The position numbers were made by a program, and so were the translations under genes. DNA of 64,000 nucleotides, taken from IMG/VR virus record IMGVR_UViG_3300014137_000003. The stretch is one strand, 5' to 3'. The stretch is from a virus. Under the pieces are notes generated by a model. The model was not told where the DNA came from, did no database searches, and saw nothing but the letters and a program-made list of their open reading frames with translations. Shown here piece by piece: positions 9,537 through 20,200 of the stretch (position 1 is the stretch's first letter; each line of letters begins with the position of its first letter).

Positions 9537-10768
9537 AGTACCTAATTTCTCTAGGTATTCCCTGTTTAAGCCTACTTCAGAGTGTTACGGTTTTAGCCTA
9601 TAACCCAGACCCTCCAACAGCACCAGGTAGTTATAACATTGTCGACGTTGCTACTTGGGACCAGATGGGGTATAACGGTACTGTTCCACCATCTAAGACA
9701 AATATGGGTGGTTTCCATTGGTCTGAGGGTTGTATGACAATGTCTTATGCCACCTTTATGAGGAAGAGTGGTCAAAGGGATAAGAACTGGGGACCGAACG
9801 ATGCTTTCGACGAATTGAACAATTTAGGTGACTATGGTGGTGGTCAGTTCCCTATGGCTAGGTATAACCCAGGAGCCAAATGGGGTGATTGGACACTTGA
9901 AGGCTACGAAGAGGGTGGTCTTGATGGTATGACGAAGGCTTGGGAAGCTGGGTATGGTCTTGTTTGTATGGTAGCTATGGGTGGGGGTGGACGCCACGTA
10001 TTCACTATAGACTACATAGAGAACGGCAAGGTAGCTATGCTAGACTCAGGTCGTAGAGGGGTATTTATCGATGACCCAGGTGAGTGGGGTGCAGGTTCTA
10101 TCTTGGGGTATTACAAGTTAAAATCTCCCGATGGAACTAAAGGTAAAGACTTACCAAGATTGAATGAAGTTAGGGACGGTTCTAACTCTAAACCTACAAA
10201 GGGTGATAAGGATGGGGATGATAAAAAGGTATCATCTTCTGATGTGGGTGATGGTGGCTTAGTAGCTGAGGAAGACTTGGTTGGTATGATTAAGAGAAAT
10301 CATTACCTCTACGAGTATCAAATTCCAGTTGTTCTACCAGGTGAGGCAGTTCAAGGAGATAGTGCTTTATCTAAGGAACAAAATACTAATGCAGCTAGCA
10401 TTAAGGAAGATGTAGTAAATCAAAAGTTCAACCTTATCGACTTCATTAGAACTGTAATAGCCTTTATGGGTATCGCCATCTTCGTATTTGGTTTCGCATT
10501 GATTGTAGCTTACTTGTTTGATAAGAGTAATGTATACTTCGAGTTTAGTCTCATTAGTGCTTTAACCTTCGGAAGGTATGGAGTAAGTCACGATAAAGAC
10601 GTCACTCAAGCAGGAAAAACTAAACTATTGAAAACTGCAGGAATTATTAAGTTGTTTGTGTTTACTGAGATTATTGGTTGGTTGCTTGCTTCAGGTACTG
10701 TTTACAGCATTCTAGAGTTTATTTTCACTACTGTAAGTCGACTTGTTTCTGAGGGTACTTGGTGGTAA
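9515..10768 (+). CDS. secreted papain-like (peptidase C39-like) domain protein with C-terminal multi-pass membrane region
   Basis: Signal peptide after ATG 9515; SEGCMTMSYATF (Cys) and GGGRHVFTIDY (His); hydrophobic helices near the C-terminus. Confidence 0.4.
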   Translation: MEKKKKLKYLISLGIPCLSLLQSVTVLAYNPDPPTAPGSYNIVDVATWDQMGYNGTVPPSKTNMGGFHWSEGCMTMSYATFMRKSGQRDKNWGPNDAFDELNNLGDYGGGQFPMARYNPGAKWGDWTLEGYEEGGLDGMTKAWEAGYGLVCMVAMGGGGRHVFTIDYIENGKVAMLDSGRRGVFIDDPGEWGAGSILGYYKLKSPDGTKGKDLPRLNEVRDGSNSKPTKGDKDGDDKKVSSSDVGDGGLVAEEDLVGMIKRNHYLYEYQIPVVLPGEAVQGDSALSKEQNTNAASIKEDVVNQKFNLIDFIRTVIAFMGIAIFVFGFALIVAYLFDKSNVYFEFSLISALTFGRYGVSHDKDVTQAGKTKLLKTAGIIKLFVFTEIIGWLLASGTVYSILEFIFTTVSRLVSEGTWW

Positions 10769-10806
10769 AATAATTATATATAAATATTAGGTGGTTTAGA
10801 TTTATT

Positions 10807-11742
10807 ATGGTTTTAGTTAATGAATTGAAAAGCTCTGAGATAGGTGCTAGTTTAGACCCAAGGTTCTTTGAGGTTTTGCCAACTGTCTGTGAATCTTGTG
10901 GTTCTCCGTATAACTTGAACTTAGCTCTAACGGAGTTGAGTTGCATCAACCCCTCTTGTGGGGATAAAGTTGTTATGCGTATTCGCAAGATTTGTGAGGC
11001 TTATGGTATTAAGCACTTTGGAGAATCTTCTATCGAGAAGTGGGTAGAGGCTGAGGGTATTGTTAATCCTTTAAAGATTTTCGACGTTTATGAAGGAAAA
11101 CTCTTGGGAGGGTTGACAGACACTCTAAGTGATAAGATTGTACCTCAAATCTTAGCGTGTCGGTCTATGAAGTTGTGGGAGTTTGTTGCTAATGCTCAAC
11201 TTCCTTACATTCAATCTTCTGCAAAAACACTCCTCGAGGGGTACTCTTCTTTGGAAGACTTTTACTCCGATATGGAAGATGGTGGAGTTGAATTCATCCA
11301 AGGTAAGTTGGGTATTAAGGACTCTTACGATAACTTTGGTAATCCTATTGTTTCGGTACAGGCTATGAAGGTCTTTACTTCTTTAGAGGAATACAAAGAG
11401 GAGTTGCTAGAAGGTGCTGAGTATGTTACCTTTATCGAAGAAGGAAACCTACGAGAGTATTTGATTGTAGCTAGTGACGAGGTTGGAGGAGACTTCAAAA
11501 CAAAACGAGAGTTCTACAACTTCATCAAACAACGCTATAGTGGTCTAGTAGATTTCACTATTGGTAGTTCTGTAACGAAGAAAACCGACATTGTAGTGTG
11601 GAAAGGTTTCGATGACACTCCTGCTCGTTTAACTACAAAGGTTAAACGTGCTTATGAGTTAGACGCTCAAGGGGTAAAAATTCAAGGTTATACGGCTAAA
11701 GAGTTCATTGAGGCTTTTGACGAGGCTCTTGGTATTAAGTAG
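10807..11742 (+). CDS. NAD-dependent DNA ligase (LigA-type), C-terminal half: Zn finger + HhH + BRCT-like
   Basis: CESCGSPYNLNLALTELSCINPSCGDK (C4 finger), IKHFGESSIEKWV (HhH-like), ..SVTKKTDIVVWKG.. (BRCT-like); followed by a terminator. Confidence 0.65.
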   Translation: MVLVNELKSSEIGASLDPRFFEVLPTVCESCGSPYNLNLALTELSCINPSCGDKVVMRIRKICEAYGIKHFGESSIEKWVEAEGIVNPLKIFDVYEGKLLGGLTDTLSDKIVPQILACRSMKLWEFVANAQLPYIQSSAKTLLEGYSSLEDFYSDMEDGGVEFIQGKLGIKDSYDNFGNPIVSVQAMKVFTSLEEYKEELLEGAEYVTFIEEGNLREYLIVASDEVGGDFKTKREFYNFIKQRYSGLVDFTIGSSVTKKTDIVVWKGFDDTPARLTTKVKRAYELDAQGVKIQGYTAKEFIEAFDEALGIK

Positions 11743-11759
11743 TTTTATACTTGCTATAC

Positions 11760-11791
11760 AACTGGCGACAATTTAGGGTTGCCAGTTTTTT
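11760..11791 (+). terminator. rho-independent terminator
   Basis: AACTGGC/GCCAGTT stem then T run. Confidence 0.6.
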
Positions 11792-11840
11792 AGTAAATTT
11801 TATCAAGGTATAAAATCCTTTTAAATTTTGTATCTTGAAT

Positions 11841-11926
11841 TATTGTTAATTTTAGTAGAATTAGCCTTATTTTTCGGTAAGATTTTAGGGTTTTTCTACT
11901 ACTTGGATCGTTGGTTTATTTAGTAG
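11841..11926 (+). repeat. conserved intergenic element, copy A
   Basis: GTTAATTTTAGTA .. TTAGCC .. GATTTT .. hairpin with TACTTGGATCGTTGGT (11900-11915); shared with 35911-36037. Confidence 0.55.
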
Positions 11927-12048
11927 TTATTAGTAATAGATTTTAGTACCTTAAGAGTTCAGCTTTATCTTTGTAAGCGGTGATTGTAGGGTTTCCTTTA
12001 AATATTTAAAGGTAGTGGAATGGGGTATTGTTGTTCTTTTAAGTTACT

Positions 12049-12077
12049 TTGAATTTATTGCGATGTTGTGTTATACT
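12049..12077 (+). promoter_or_regulatory. sigma-A-type promoter
   Basis: TTGAAT, 17 nt, TGtTATACT. Confidence 0.5.
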
Positions 12078-12101
12078 ATTTATAGTTATGAAGGAGATTA
12101 T

Positions 12102-12470
12102 ATGATTAAATTATCTATTTCTGAGAAAGGTTTCGCTCTAGTTAGAGACGGCAAGTCTCTTATTGCAAAAGCCTTTACTGGTAGCAATAAGCGTCAGCTT
12201 TTGTTACAGAATTTGCAACGTGGTATTGTAGCAGGGAAAGACTTCATTGAACATGAAGATATTCTCATTATTGAAGTCAATGACTCTTATGTCTATAGTT
12301 GGCTAAAAGAGGACTCTCCTAACTCTAAGTATTTGGAGCAGTTTACTGCAACCCATATTGCACTAAACAAACTTATTTGTAAGTACCGTTTTGTCCTTAA
12401 CAATAATCCGATTGTTAATCGACTAGAGTTAGAGAAATCCTATATCCCAGTAAGTAATTTTGAAATGTAA
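12102..12470 (+). CDS. hypothetical protein
   Basis: ATG 12102 after AAGGAG; the ORF-track extension from 12015 overlaps a promoter. Confidence 0.55.
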   Translation: MIKLSISEKGFALVRDGKSLIAKAFTGSNKRQLLLQNLQRGIVAGKDFIEHEDILIIEVNDSYVYSWLKEDSPNSKYLEQFTATHIALNKLICKYRFVLNNNPIVNRLELEKSYIPVSNFEM

Positions 12471-12487
12471 TTTTAGTAGGTGGTAGA

Positions 12488-13942
12488 ATGAAGAAAACAG
12501 TTCAAGCAGTTAAATATGCATTGGATACTTTACATATTTCCCCAGATAGCCTATTCAAGCTTATCGAAACCTCTCAGGGGTATGAGGGCGAAGACTATAA
12601 CCGTTGGTTGGCTGAAAAGATTATTAGAACAGCCGACTCCGAAGGAATTCCTTTCACAGAGTTGCTAGTTAAAAAGCTGAAGATTTTGGCAGAGATTATG
12701 TCCAACTCGGAAGAGGGTATTTCTCAATTGGTAGATGATTTTATTTCTGAGCGATTGAAAGAAGTAGAAACAGTTTACGACTTCTCAGGTTTGGGGTATT
12801 CGGGTACTACAGACAGTCAAGAAGATTTTGATTGGTTTAATGGTATCAACCCGATGGGCGAAGAAATCTTAGTAAATAACACAGATAGTTCTGCTTATGT
12901 AGGTTTCCTTGATTCTAAGGGTGCAGGTAAGTCTGAAGTAACTCTCGCAGGTCGCTCAATGGGGTATAGCATGAACTCTAAGGGTGGTGCAATGTTGCTC
13001 CGTTTTATTTTGATGGACGAGGCTTTAGAGCCTACTAATAGTACTTATGTGTTCATTAGTGATGCAGCTTTCTTTAAAGAAAATTCTTCTATCACTCAGG
13101 CTTTCATGAATCAGTTTGATTTGGTAGAGGCAGTTTATCTTAACAAATTAGACACTATGCCCTCTTCTTTTGCTAGTGGCTTAGATTTGATTACAGTGTG
13201 GAAGACTTATTCTTCAGAACGTGATTCTGTTTCTTCTATTTCTGCTTGTGACTTATTAAAAGGAGGTTCTCCTAAACTATTCTACGCTGATAGCGAAGAG
13301 TTAGAAGTTGACTACCTTAAATTTAACGAGGCTACCGAGGAAGTACCAGAACTTGACTTTGATTTGAACTTGTCGGAAGATACTTACGATGTTAGTAAGT
13401 CTGATTACCGTGCTTACTTATCAGTCAATGGTACTCAGCGTGTAGCAGACTACCCTATTATTGGTTCTGAACTTGTTTATGGTATTACCAAAGAAAATTT
13501 ACGTTCAATCATTGTTTACTTTGCTGGATCAAAATCTCTTGAAGGTTCTTGGGGGTATGGTCGAGGTCTTAAGCGTGTATGTGATGGCTTAGAGGGGTAT
13601 AACTCTTTAGTCGCTAATTGCTTGCCTATCTTCCTTTATAGCCCAGACTCTCTGTTTTGTACTATTGAGGGGACTTCTAGCTTTAATTATTCTTCTGATT
13701 TGGTTGCTGAGTTGTTTGAAGAGTATTCACCCTTTATGTCCTTTGAGTCTAAGGTACTTTGGGATTTGGCTCAAGATTACTCTAAAGCAATGGTAAAAGG
13801 TCAAGAAGAAGAGTTAGAGAACCAATCATTTTATCAAATTCGAAAAGCCTTGATGGATGATAGATTTGAAAAGGTGTACCAAGAAAAGTATGAGTCTGCC
13901 AAAAGTTATGTCAAACAACAACTTGAGGGGTATCTATGCTAA
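12488..13942 (+). CDS. hypothetical protein (484 aa)
   Basis: ORF track; AGGTGG upstream; no motif recognised. Confidence 0.6.
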   Translation: MKKTVQAVKYALDTLHISPDSLFKLIETSQGYEGEDYNRWLAEKIIRTADSEGIPFTELLVKKLKILAEIMSNSEEGISQLVDDFISERLKEVETVYDFSGLGYSGTTDSQEDFDWFNGINPMGEEILVNNTDSSAYVGFLDSKGAGKSEVTLAGRSMGYSMNSKGGAMLLRFILMDEALEPTNSTYVFISDAAFFKENSSITQAFMNQFDLVEAVYLNKLDTMPSSFASGLDLITVWKTYSSERDSVSSISACDLLKGGSPKLFYADSEELEVDYLKFNEATEEVPELDFDLNLSEDTYDVSKSDYRAYLSVNGTQRVADYPIIGSELVYGITKENLRSIIVYFAGSKSLEGSWGYGRGLKRVCDGLEGYNSLVANCLPIFLYSPDSLFCTIEGTSSFNYSSDLVAELFEEYSPFMSFESKVLWDLAQDYSKAMVKGQEEELENQSFYQIRKALMDDRFEKVYQEKYESAKSYVKQQLEGYLC

Positions 13943-14901
13943 AGGATTTAGTAGACAAAACCTTAAATTACCATACAGTTATGTGTGATAGTGGTAAACT
14001 AGATTTGCTAGTTTATAACCTATTAAAGCAAGCTTGTAACGGAAATAAGGATACTATCTTTTATGTAAATAAAAAGTCCGACGTTGAAGAAATGTTGGAC
14101 TTAAGTCTTATTATGCCTTATAGTGCCGACCAGTGGTTGTTTATTGTAAACTACAATAAAGTTAAAAGGCATAGAAGAAAACTAATTGAGTTTATAAAGG
14201 CAAAAACAGTAAGTTCTAAGGTACTAGTAAGCTTTGATAAATACGCTGATTTTAAAAAATTCAATGATGACTTAGGTGCACTAGTTAACTCTATGTATCT
14301 TAAGACTTTAAGGAAAGACGATATGGCTTTTCTCTTTAGAGATACGAAGTTAGGTAAGGACTTAAAGGAGTTTATCTTTTATTCTTATCGTTCTGAAGTA
14401 GAGAAGGTAATGTCTGTTTTAGAGTATATTAAGGACGGTCATTCTGTAAAAACAAGGAAAGATATTACGGAGTTAGTAGGGGTATCCACTGGTTCCATAC
14501 AACACTTCATCTTTCAACTTTTAGGGAAACCCCCTAAAACGGAGAAGTCTCGTGAAAGAATTATTAAGAATAGGTCTTACATTCTTTCAGAATTAGCGAA
14601 GGTATATGGGGTTAGGGGTATTAAAACTATCTTAACTAACTCTGTAAAAGACATCTTAGACATTAAGACATTATATCTCTCTGGTGTGGTATATAAAAGT
14701 TTAACAAACATACCCGAGGGGTACGACTCTAAGAGATTATTGCGTTATCGTGTATTTTTTGGTAAAATTGTAGATATTGAGTATTCTCGTATTTTAGAAC
14801 TTTACCTCTTACTTTATAATGAAGGGGCTTGGTCAAATGAGTTGGACTTGTATAAGTTCCTTTACATTTATTACAGGAATTTAGGTTTGGAGGGATCGTA
14901 G
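13936..14901 (+). CDS. hypothetical protein (321 aa)
   Basis: ORF track; overlaps previous stop. Confidence 0.6.
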   Translation: MLKDLVDKTLNYHTVMCDSGKLDLLVYNLLKQACNGNKDTIFYVNKKSDVEEMLDLSLIMPYSADQWLFIVNYNKVKRHRRKLIEFIKAKTVSSKVLVSFDKYADFKKFNDDLGALVNSMYLKTLRKDDMAFLFRDTKLGKDLKEFIFYSYRSEVEKVMSVLEYIKDGHSVKTRKDITELVGVSTGSIQHFIFQLLGKPPKTEKSRERIIKNRSYILSELAKVYGVRGIKTILTNSVKDILDIKTLYLSGVVYKSLTNIPEGYDSKRLLRYRVFFGKIVDIEYSRILELYLLLYNEGAWSNELDLYKFLYIYYRNLGLEGS

Positions 14902-15660
14902 ATGACGGTTTTAGCAAGCATCGGTTTAGTCGATGTTGATAAATTTAGTGGAAAAGGGAAAGGTTATCGCCTAGTTAGGACATTCCGAAAGGATAATACG
15001 GAAGGCAAGCCTAAAAAAGAGTTTCTATTCTTGAATTTAGAGGTTTCTAATGAAGAGGTAGAAGACCTCTTATCTGCACTTAAGACTTTAGACCCTAGTA
15101 AGTCAATTATTAAGGTTGTAACTATTGATGGTGACTTGCAGGAGGATGTAAGTATTCCTAGTGCGTGGAAAGGTAGGGTATTCTTAAAGGGTAGCGACTC
15201 TTATAAGGATATTACTACGTTACGCAAGGTAAGTGGTGTTCCTAATCTTTTAAAGCTTTACAAAGAAGCTAGTAAGTTCCCTAATACCCGATTCTATGGG
15301 GGTACTCTTTTAGAGATTGAAGGTGTTCCCGTTGGTAGGTTTGATGAGGGGGTAGCTAAGGATTATGGGATTCTAGGTAAGGATGATTCGAAGATTTACC
15401 ATGAAGAAGGTCAATCTTCTTATGATTTCTTTGACGAGTCAACATACTCAGAAGTGGAAGAGTCATGGGGTATTGGAAACATTCTATTTGAGGATAGTGT
15501 AAAAGCTAAGTCTCCTAAAGCCCCTAAAATTAGGATTAAAGCTAAAAAGGCTAAGAAGGCTCCTAAAGAAAAAGTATCAACACCTAAAAAACCTAAAGTT
15601 AAAGTTAATAAGAAGAAGGACGCATTCTCTAAGATTTTCTCTCAGAAGGTGGAATTCTAA
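14902..15660 (+). CDS. hypothetical protein with Lys/Pro-rich (histone H1-like) C-terminal tail
   Basis: KAKSPKAPKIRIKAKKAKKAPKEKVSTPKKPKVKVNKKKD. Confidence 0.55.
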   Translation: MTVLASIGLVDVDKFSGKGKGYRLVRTFRKDNTEGKPKKEFLFLNLEVSNEEVEDLLSALKTLDPSKSIIKVVTIDGDLQEDVSIPSAWKGRVFLKGSDSYKDITTLRKVSGVPNLLKLYKEASKFPNTRFYGGTLLEIEGVPVGRFDEGVAKDYGILGKDDSKIYHEEGQSSYDFFDESTYSEVEESWGIGNILFEDSVKAKSPKAPKIRIKAKKAKKAPKEKVSTPKKPKVKVNKKKDAFSKIFSQKVEF

Positions 15661-15661
15661 T

Positions 15662-16312
15662 ATGGTTAAACTTAGCTATTACTCTAACCTAGGTATAGAG
15701 GACTTCTCTAAGTTAGGATTAGTTTGGAATTTGTTTGCTAATTTTGGTAAGCATGAAAAAGGAGAAATCATTTCCCAGTCTAGAAATGGTTCGATTGATA
15801 GGTTTGATTTTACTGACAGGCTAATTGAAAAAGCAGCAGCTGGTGGTATCGATTTATCACAAGATGATTTCAACATCGGAGGGTATGATTATGTAAACCG
15901 TAATTATGCAGCTTTAACTAGGTATAAAAAGCTAGAAAAAGAAGTTTATCTTGTCAATGAGATAGATAAGGGTGGTGCTGAAAACACCTCTGATGGGTAT
16001 GGAGAGTATTCTGAGAATAGGTTAGTACAGGAAGAATCTGACTTTGATTTGTTGGATATGGATATTGATTATATTCTAGCGTGGTCAAGGTTTTCGGATA
16101 TGTCTAAACGTCTAGAGCGTAAGGGGTATTCTCTAGTTTATCTTCTTTTATCTGTAATAGAGGGGGTAGAAGAAGCCAAGAATAACTTATCCAAGGTTTG
16201 TTCTGAAGATGGAGACTTTAAATACTGGGTAGAAAGTATTTTTCTACCAGATAAGTTACCCGATATTTTAGATAGGTTAAAAGAGTTTAAGGAGATTGGT
16301 GCTTTTGTCTAA
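15662..16312 (+). CDS. hypothetical protein
   Basis: ORF track. Confidence 0.55.
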   Translation: MVKLSYYSNLGIEDFSKLGLVWNLFANFGKHEKGEIISQSRNGSIDRFDFTDRLIEKAAAGGIDLSQDDFNIGGYDYVNRNYAALTRYKKLEKEVYLVNEIDKGGAENTSDGYGEYSENRLVQEESDFDLLDMDIDYILAWSRFSDMSKRLERKGYSLVYLLLSVIEGVEEAKNNLSKVCSEDGDFKYWVESIFLPDKLPDILDRLKEFKEIGAFV

Positions 16313-17294
16313 GTTAAGTTATTTTAAATACAATACTTCAGAGATGTCACCTTCTCTGATTGTAGCTATTAACGAAACAATTCAAGAAAATAAAGCCTAC
16401 GCTACGGTTATTTGGAAAAGTAGGGCTGATGATGCAATTGATGCTACTTTGCATAATGCATTAAAATATTATTCTCCAGACAAAGGAGAACTTCGTAATT
16501 ATATTATCTCTACTATGAAGAATATTCTCAAGAATAGTTTCAAGAAAGAGCACTCTACAGAAGATGAGACTCTAAACTTCTTAGTAGACTCTAGTCAAGA
16601 GGATAATATAAATTCTGAGTTGGATGATTTGCTTGAAGACTTTAGTAGTGAGGTATCTGAGTGTATAGTTGAGTTCCTACCGTATGTAGTAGAGGATTAT
16701 GAGTTCTTTAAAGAACTAAAAAGAAATAAGATGAAGTTTGACTATAGTGAAATTCTAGGTAAATATTCGTCTAAGACGATAGTTTCTGCATTGCAGGCTA
16801 TCACTACCATTTATTTACCTAAGGTTTCAGAGTTTATGTCTACTCCAGCTCTTCCTACAGTAGGGGGTATCGGAACTATTTCTGAAACTCTCCAGAAGTT
16901 TGAGGCTCCAGTAAAAGTAAGGAGTGTAGTTCAGCGTATAGCTTTGGTAGAAGGTTTCTCTACTAAGAGTCTTATCTCTATCGATTTAAATCAAGCTTCT
17001 TCCGAGGTCATTGATACAATTTATGCGGGTAATGAATCTCTAGTTTTAAATTTTGAAGGCAAACAATATTACAGGTCTCCAAAATGGGGTATTGTCTCAA
17101 AAGAAGAATTGGTACAATCCTTGAAAGAATTTTGTTTAAGTTATATTTGTAAACGTCATGGTTTTTTGGTTTCGGAGATTATTGGTGATGTTGTCTACCT
17201 TCTTGGGAACAGTGATAAGGTTAATATTTCATTGTTTGGCGTAGAGTGTGGCATCTCTTATGATATGGTAGCACGGAAAGAGGTTGTATGTTAA
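16296..17294 (+). CDS. hypothetical protein (start uncertain: 16296/16299/16305)
   Basis: ORF track; AAGGAG at 16286-16291. Confidence 0.5.
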   Translation: MVLLSKLSYFKYNTSEMSPSLIVAINETIQENKAYATVIWKSRADDAIDATLHNALKYYSPDKGELRNYIISTMKNILKNSFKKEHSTEDETLNFLVDSSQEDNINSELDDLLEDFSSEVSECIVEFLPYVVEDYEFFKELKRNKMKFDYSEILGKYSSKTIVSALQAITTIYLPKVSEFMSTPALPTVGGIGTISETLQKFEAPVKVRSVVQRIALVEGFSTKSLISIDLNQASSEVIDTIYAGNESLVLNFEGKQYYRSPKWGIVSKEELVQSLKEFCLSYICKRHGFLVSEIIGDVVYLLGNSDKVNISLFGVECGISYDMVARKEVVC

Positions 17295-20200
17295 AAGGTT
17301 ATTATCTAAGTCCTGACGGACACAAGGTCAACTTAGTTGGTTATGACTTTGATAGTTATATTACTTTAATTGCTAGTTGTAGTTCTATTAAGGACAAGCG
17401 TTTCCTAGATAGAGGGGTAGCTTTGAAGGATGGAACAGAGTACTATCCTTGGGAAGAGCTTTATGTCCAAGTAAATACTGGCGATATTAAGGTAGACGAC
17501 TTGAGGGTTGAAGGTGAAAAAACCAACTTTAATGCTGAAGCTTTCACTCGTATTGGCTCTATTATTAGGGGTATGAAGTCTATCTGTATTCCCCAAAGGG
17601 AAGAAGATTTCTATAATATCAACAATATGGAATCTTTTGGTAGTAAGTCTGTTTATACTTATAACTATTTTGGTCAAGAAATTACCTTGGTAGAAAACCA
17701 GATTGATAAGTTATCTTATTCTAATGGGGACGAGATGTTAATCTTAGAGGATGTTTACTCAGAACCAGTCCCTATGTCTAAGAATACCTCTACACAACGT
17801 AAGTATGGATTAGATTTGACTGAATTTTCTAGAACAGATGATTTATCCGTTGACGGGATGGACTTTTTCTTGTCTAAGAACATTGGTAGTGATGACGTTT
17901 ACTCTCTTGCAGAAATTGTAGAACGCAACCCAGACAAGTCTTATGCTTGGCTTAAAGACCGTTTCTATCACATCGTTAATGATTTGGAACTTTGGAAGAA
18001 GATTTCTAAACGTATTTGGAAGCACCCTGACGTAGTTGCGTTCGATACGGAAACCACTGGTCTTAATATTACCTTTAAGTCAATTACTGGACAAGGTGAC
18101 CAGTTGGTTGGGTTGGTATTTTCTATTGAAAGTACGGCATCTGAGAAAGAAAAGATTAAACTTAAAAATCTTTTTGGTGATCCATTGTACGGTGATTCTT
18201 GGTATATTCCTATTAAACATAAGAACATCAAAAACATCGTTCCTCAGCAAGAGGTTAACAAGTTTATTGAGGTGTATGTTAAACCCCTTCTAGAGAAAAA
18301 AGAAATTGTCTGCCATAATGGTTCTTTCGATGCCAAGGTAATGTTTATCTACGGTGTTAAGATTAACCTTGTACATGATACGTTGATTCAGCTAAGGTTG
18401 TCTTACGGTGCTGAGAATACTCTTATGAAGCTAGGTTTGAAGCCTAATGCAAAAAGGTTCTTGGGTAGGGACAGTTTTGAGTTGAGTGACTTTGTAGAAG
18501 GGAAATGGGGTAGTGGAGACGTTACCTTTGCAGACCTTCCTTATGAGTCCGTTAAGTACTATGCGTGTCCCGATACTGACTCTACTTTGGCTTTACATAA
18601 ACTAGCAGTCAAAGAGAACTGGTTCGATAAATGGGGTATGCGAAGGGTTTACGAGTTGGAGGTTGACTTTACTCTTGTAATTGCCTATCAAGAATTCTTC
18701 GGTCACCACGTAGCCGTATCTAAGATTGCTAAGTTGCGTAAACAACTGCAGGAAGATGCAACTAAATATTCTAATAAAATCTTTGAAATTGCAGGTTATA
18801 GTCTTAACTTACGTTCTCCTGCCCAACTTAAAAAGTTATTCTTCGAAGAGTTAGGTATGCCAATACTTGAATACACCAATAGTGGAGCTCCTAGTACCTC
18901 TAAGGACGCTATGAAGAAGTATCTCTCTTATAAAGACGAGAATGGTAAACTTATGTACCCTATCGCAGATTACTTGTTGAAGTATCGTGATGCAGCTAAG
19001 TTGCTCTCAGATTTCATTAAGAATATTGATACAATTTCTACACCTGATGGGTTCATGTTCCCAGGAGTTAAGCAGTTCTTGGAAACTGGTCGTTTGTCGG
19101 TATCTAACCCTAACTACCAGTCTTACAATGACACGGTCAAGAAATATATCGCCCCTCGTAAGGGGTACTACATGATGGACTCGGATTATTCATCCGTGGA
19201 AATTCGTATCATGATGTCAATGGCTCAAGAGAAGCCTATGATTGAATATCTATTCGACCCAGACTCAGATTATCATACTTTAAAGGCGTCACAGATGTTC
19301 TCTATTCCTTATGAGTTGGTATCTAAGAAACAACGTGGAGCAGCCAAGGGGGTTAACTTTGGTATCGTCTATGGTATGGGGGATGCCTCATTAGGTGAAA
19401 ACGTTACTGGTAAGCGTAGTGCGGAATCTACTAGGTATGGTGGACAGTTGCGTAAGCTTTACTTTAAAGGTATGGATGTAACAGAAGATTTCATTGCTAA
19501 GAATCTAGAAAAGGCAGTAGAAAATAGGTATGCAGAGACTTTCTTTGGTAGACGACGTTATTTCCCTCCGACTATGCGTATCGGTTCGGTTAAGCGTCAA
19601 GGGGGTAACCACCCAATCCAAGGAACGGCAGCGGACTTGTATAAACAGGCAATGGTAAACCTTTATAATGCTATCATTGATAAAGGTTGGTGGGGTAAGT
19701 TCTTACTTCCTTGCTTTGTCCATGATGAGATCGTTATGGAAGCCCACAACTCTATTAACCCAGCTCACGCTCTTAAACTAGTTCAAGATAGCTTAATGCT
19801 CGACATCGAAGGTTGGTGTCCTTTGTATATTGGTTTTGGTTACGGTAGTCATTGGTATAATGCCAAGAAGACTGAGGTACCAGTACAACTCCAACAAGAG
19901 TTCGTAGACAAGTATGGCGAAAGTGGATTCCCATTTTGGGACGGTAATATCCATAACTTGTATGCATGGGAAGTTAAGGAAATTTACAACTACTGGGTTA
20001 ATCGTATTAAGGACTACATGAAAGACCCTAAGAATACTGGAACGGTTATTTCACCTGTTATCTCAGGTTTCTTGTTTGAGGTTATGCCTTATGTAAGTTC
20101 TCTAGGTAAGCTTAAACAAAAGGCTGAAGAGTTGTTGAAGTTTGCAACTTTCCTTAAAGATGAGCCAGATTTAACTGAAGAGGAATTGACTCTCTTGGTA

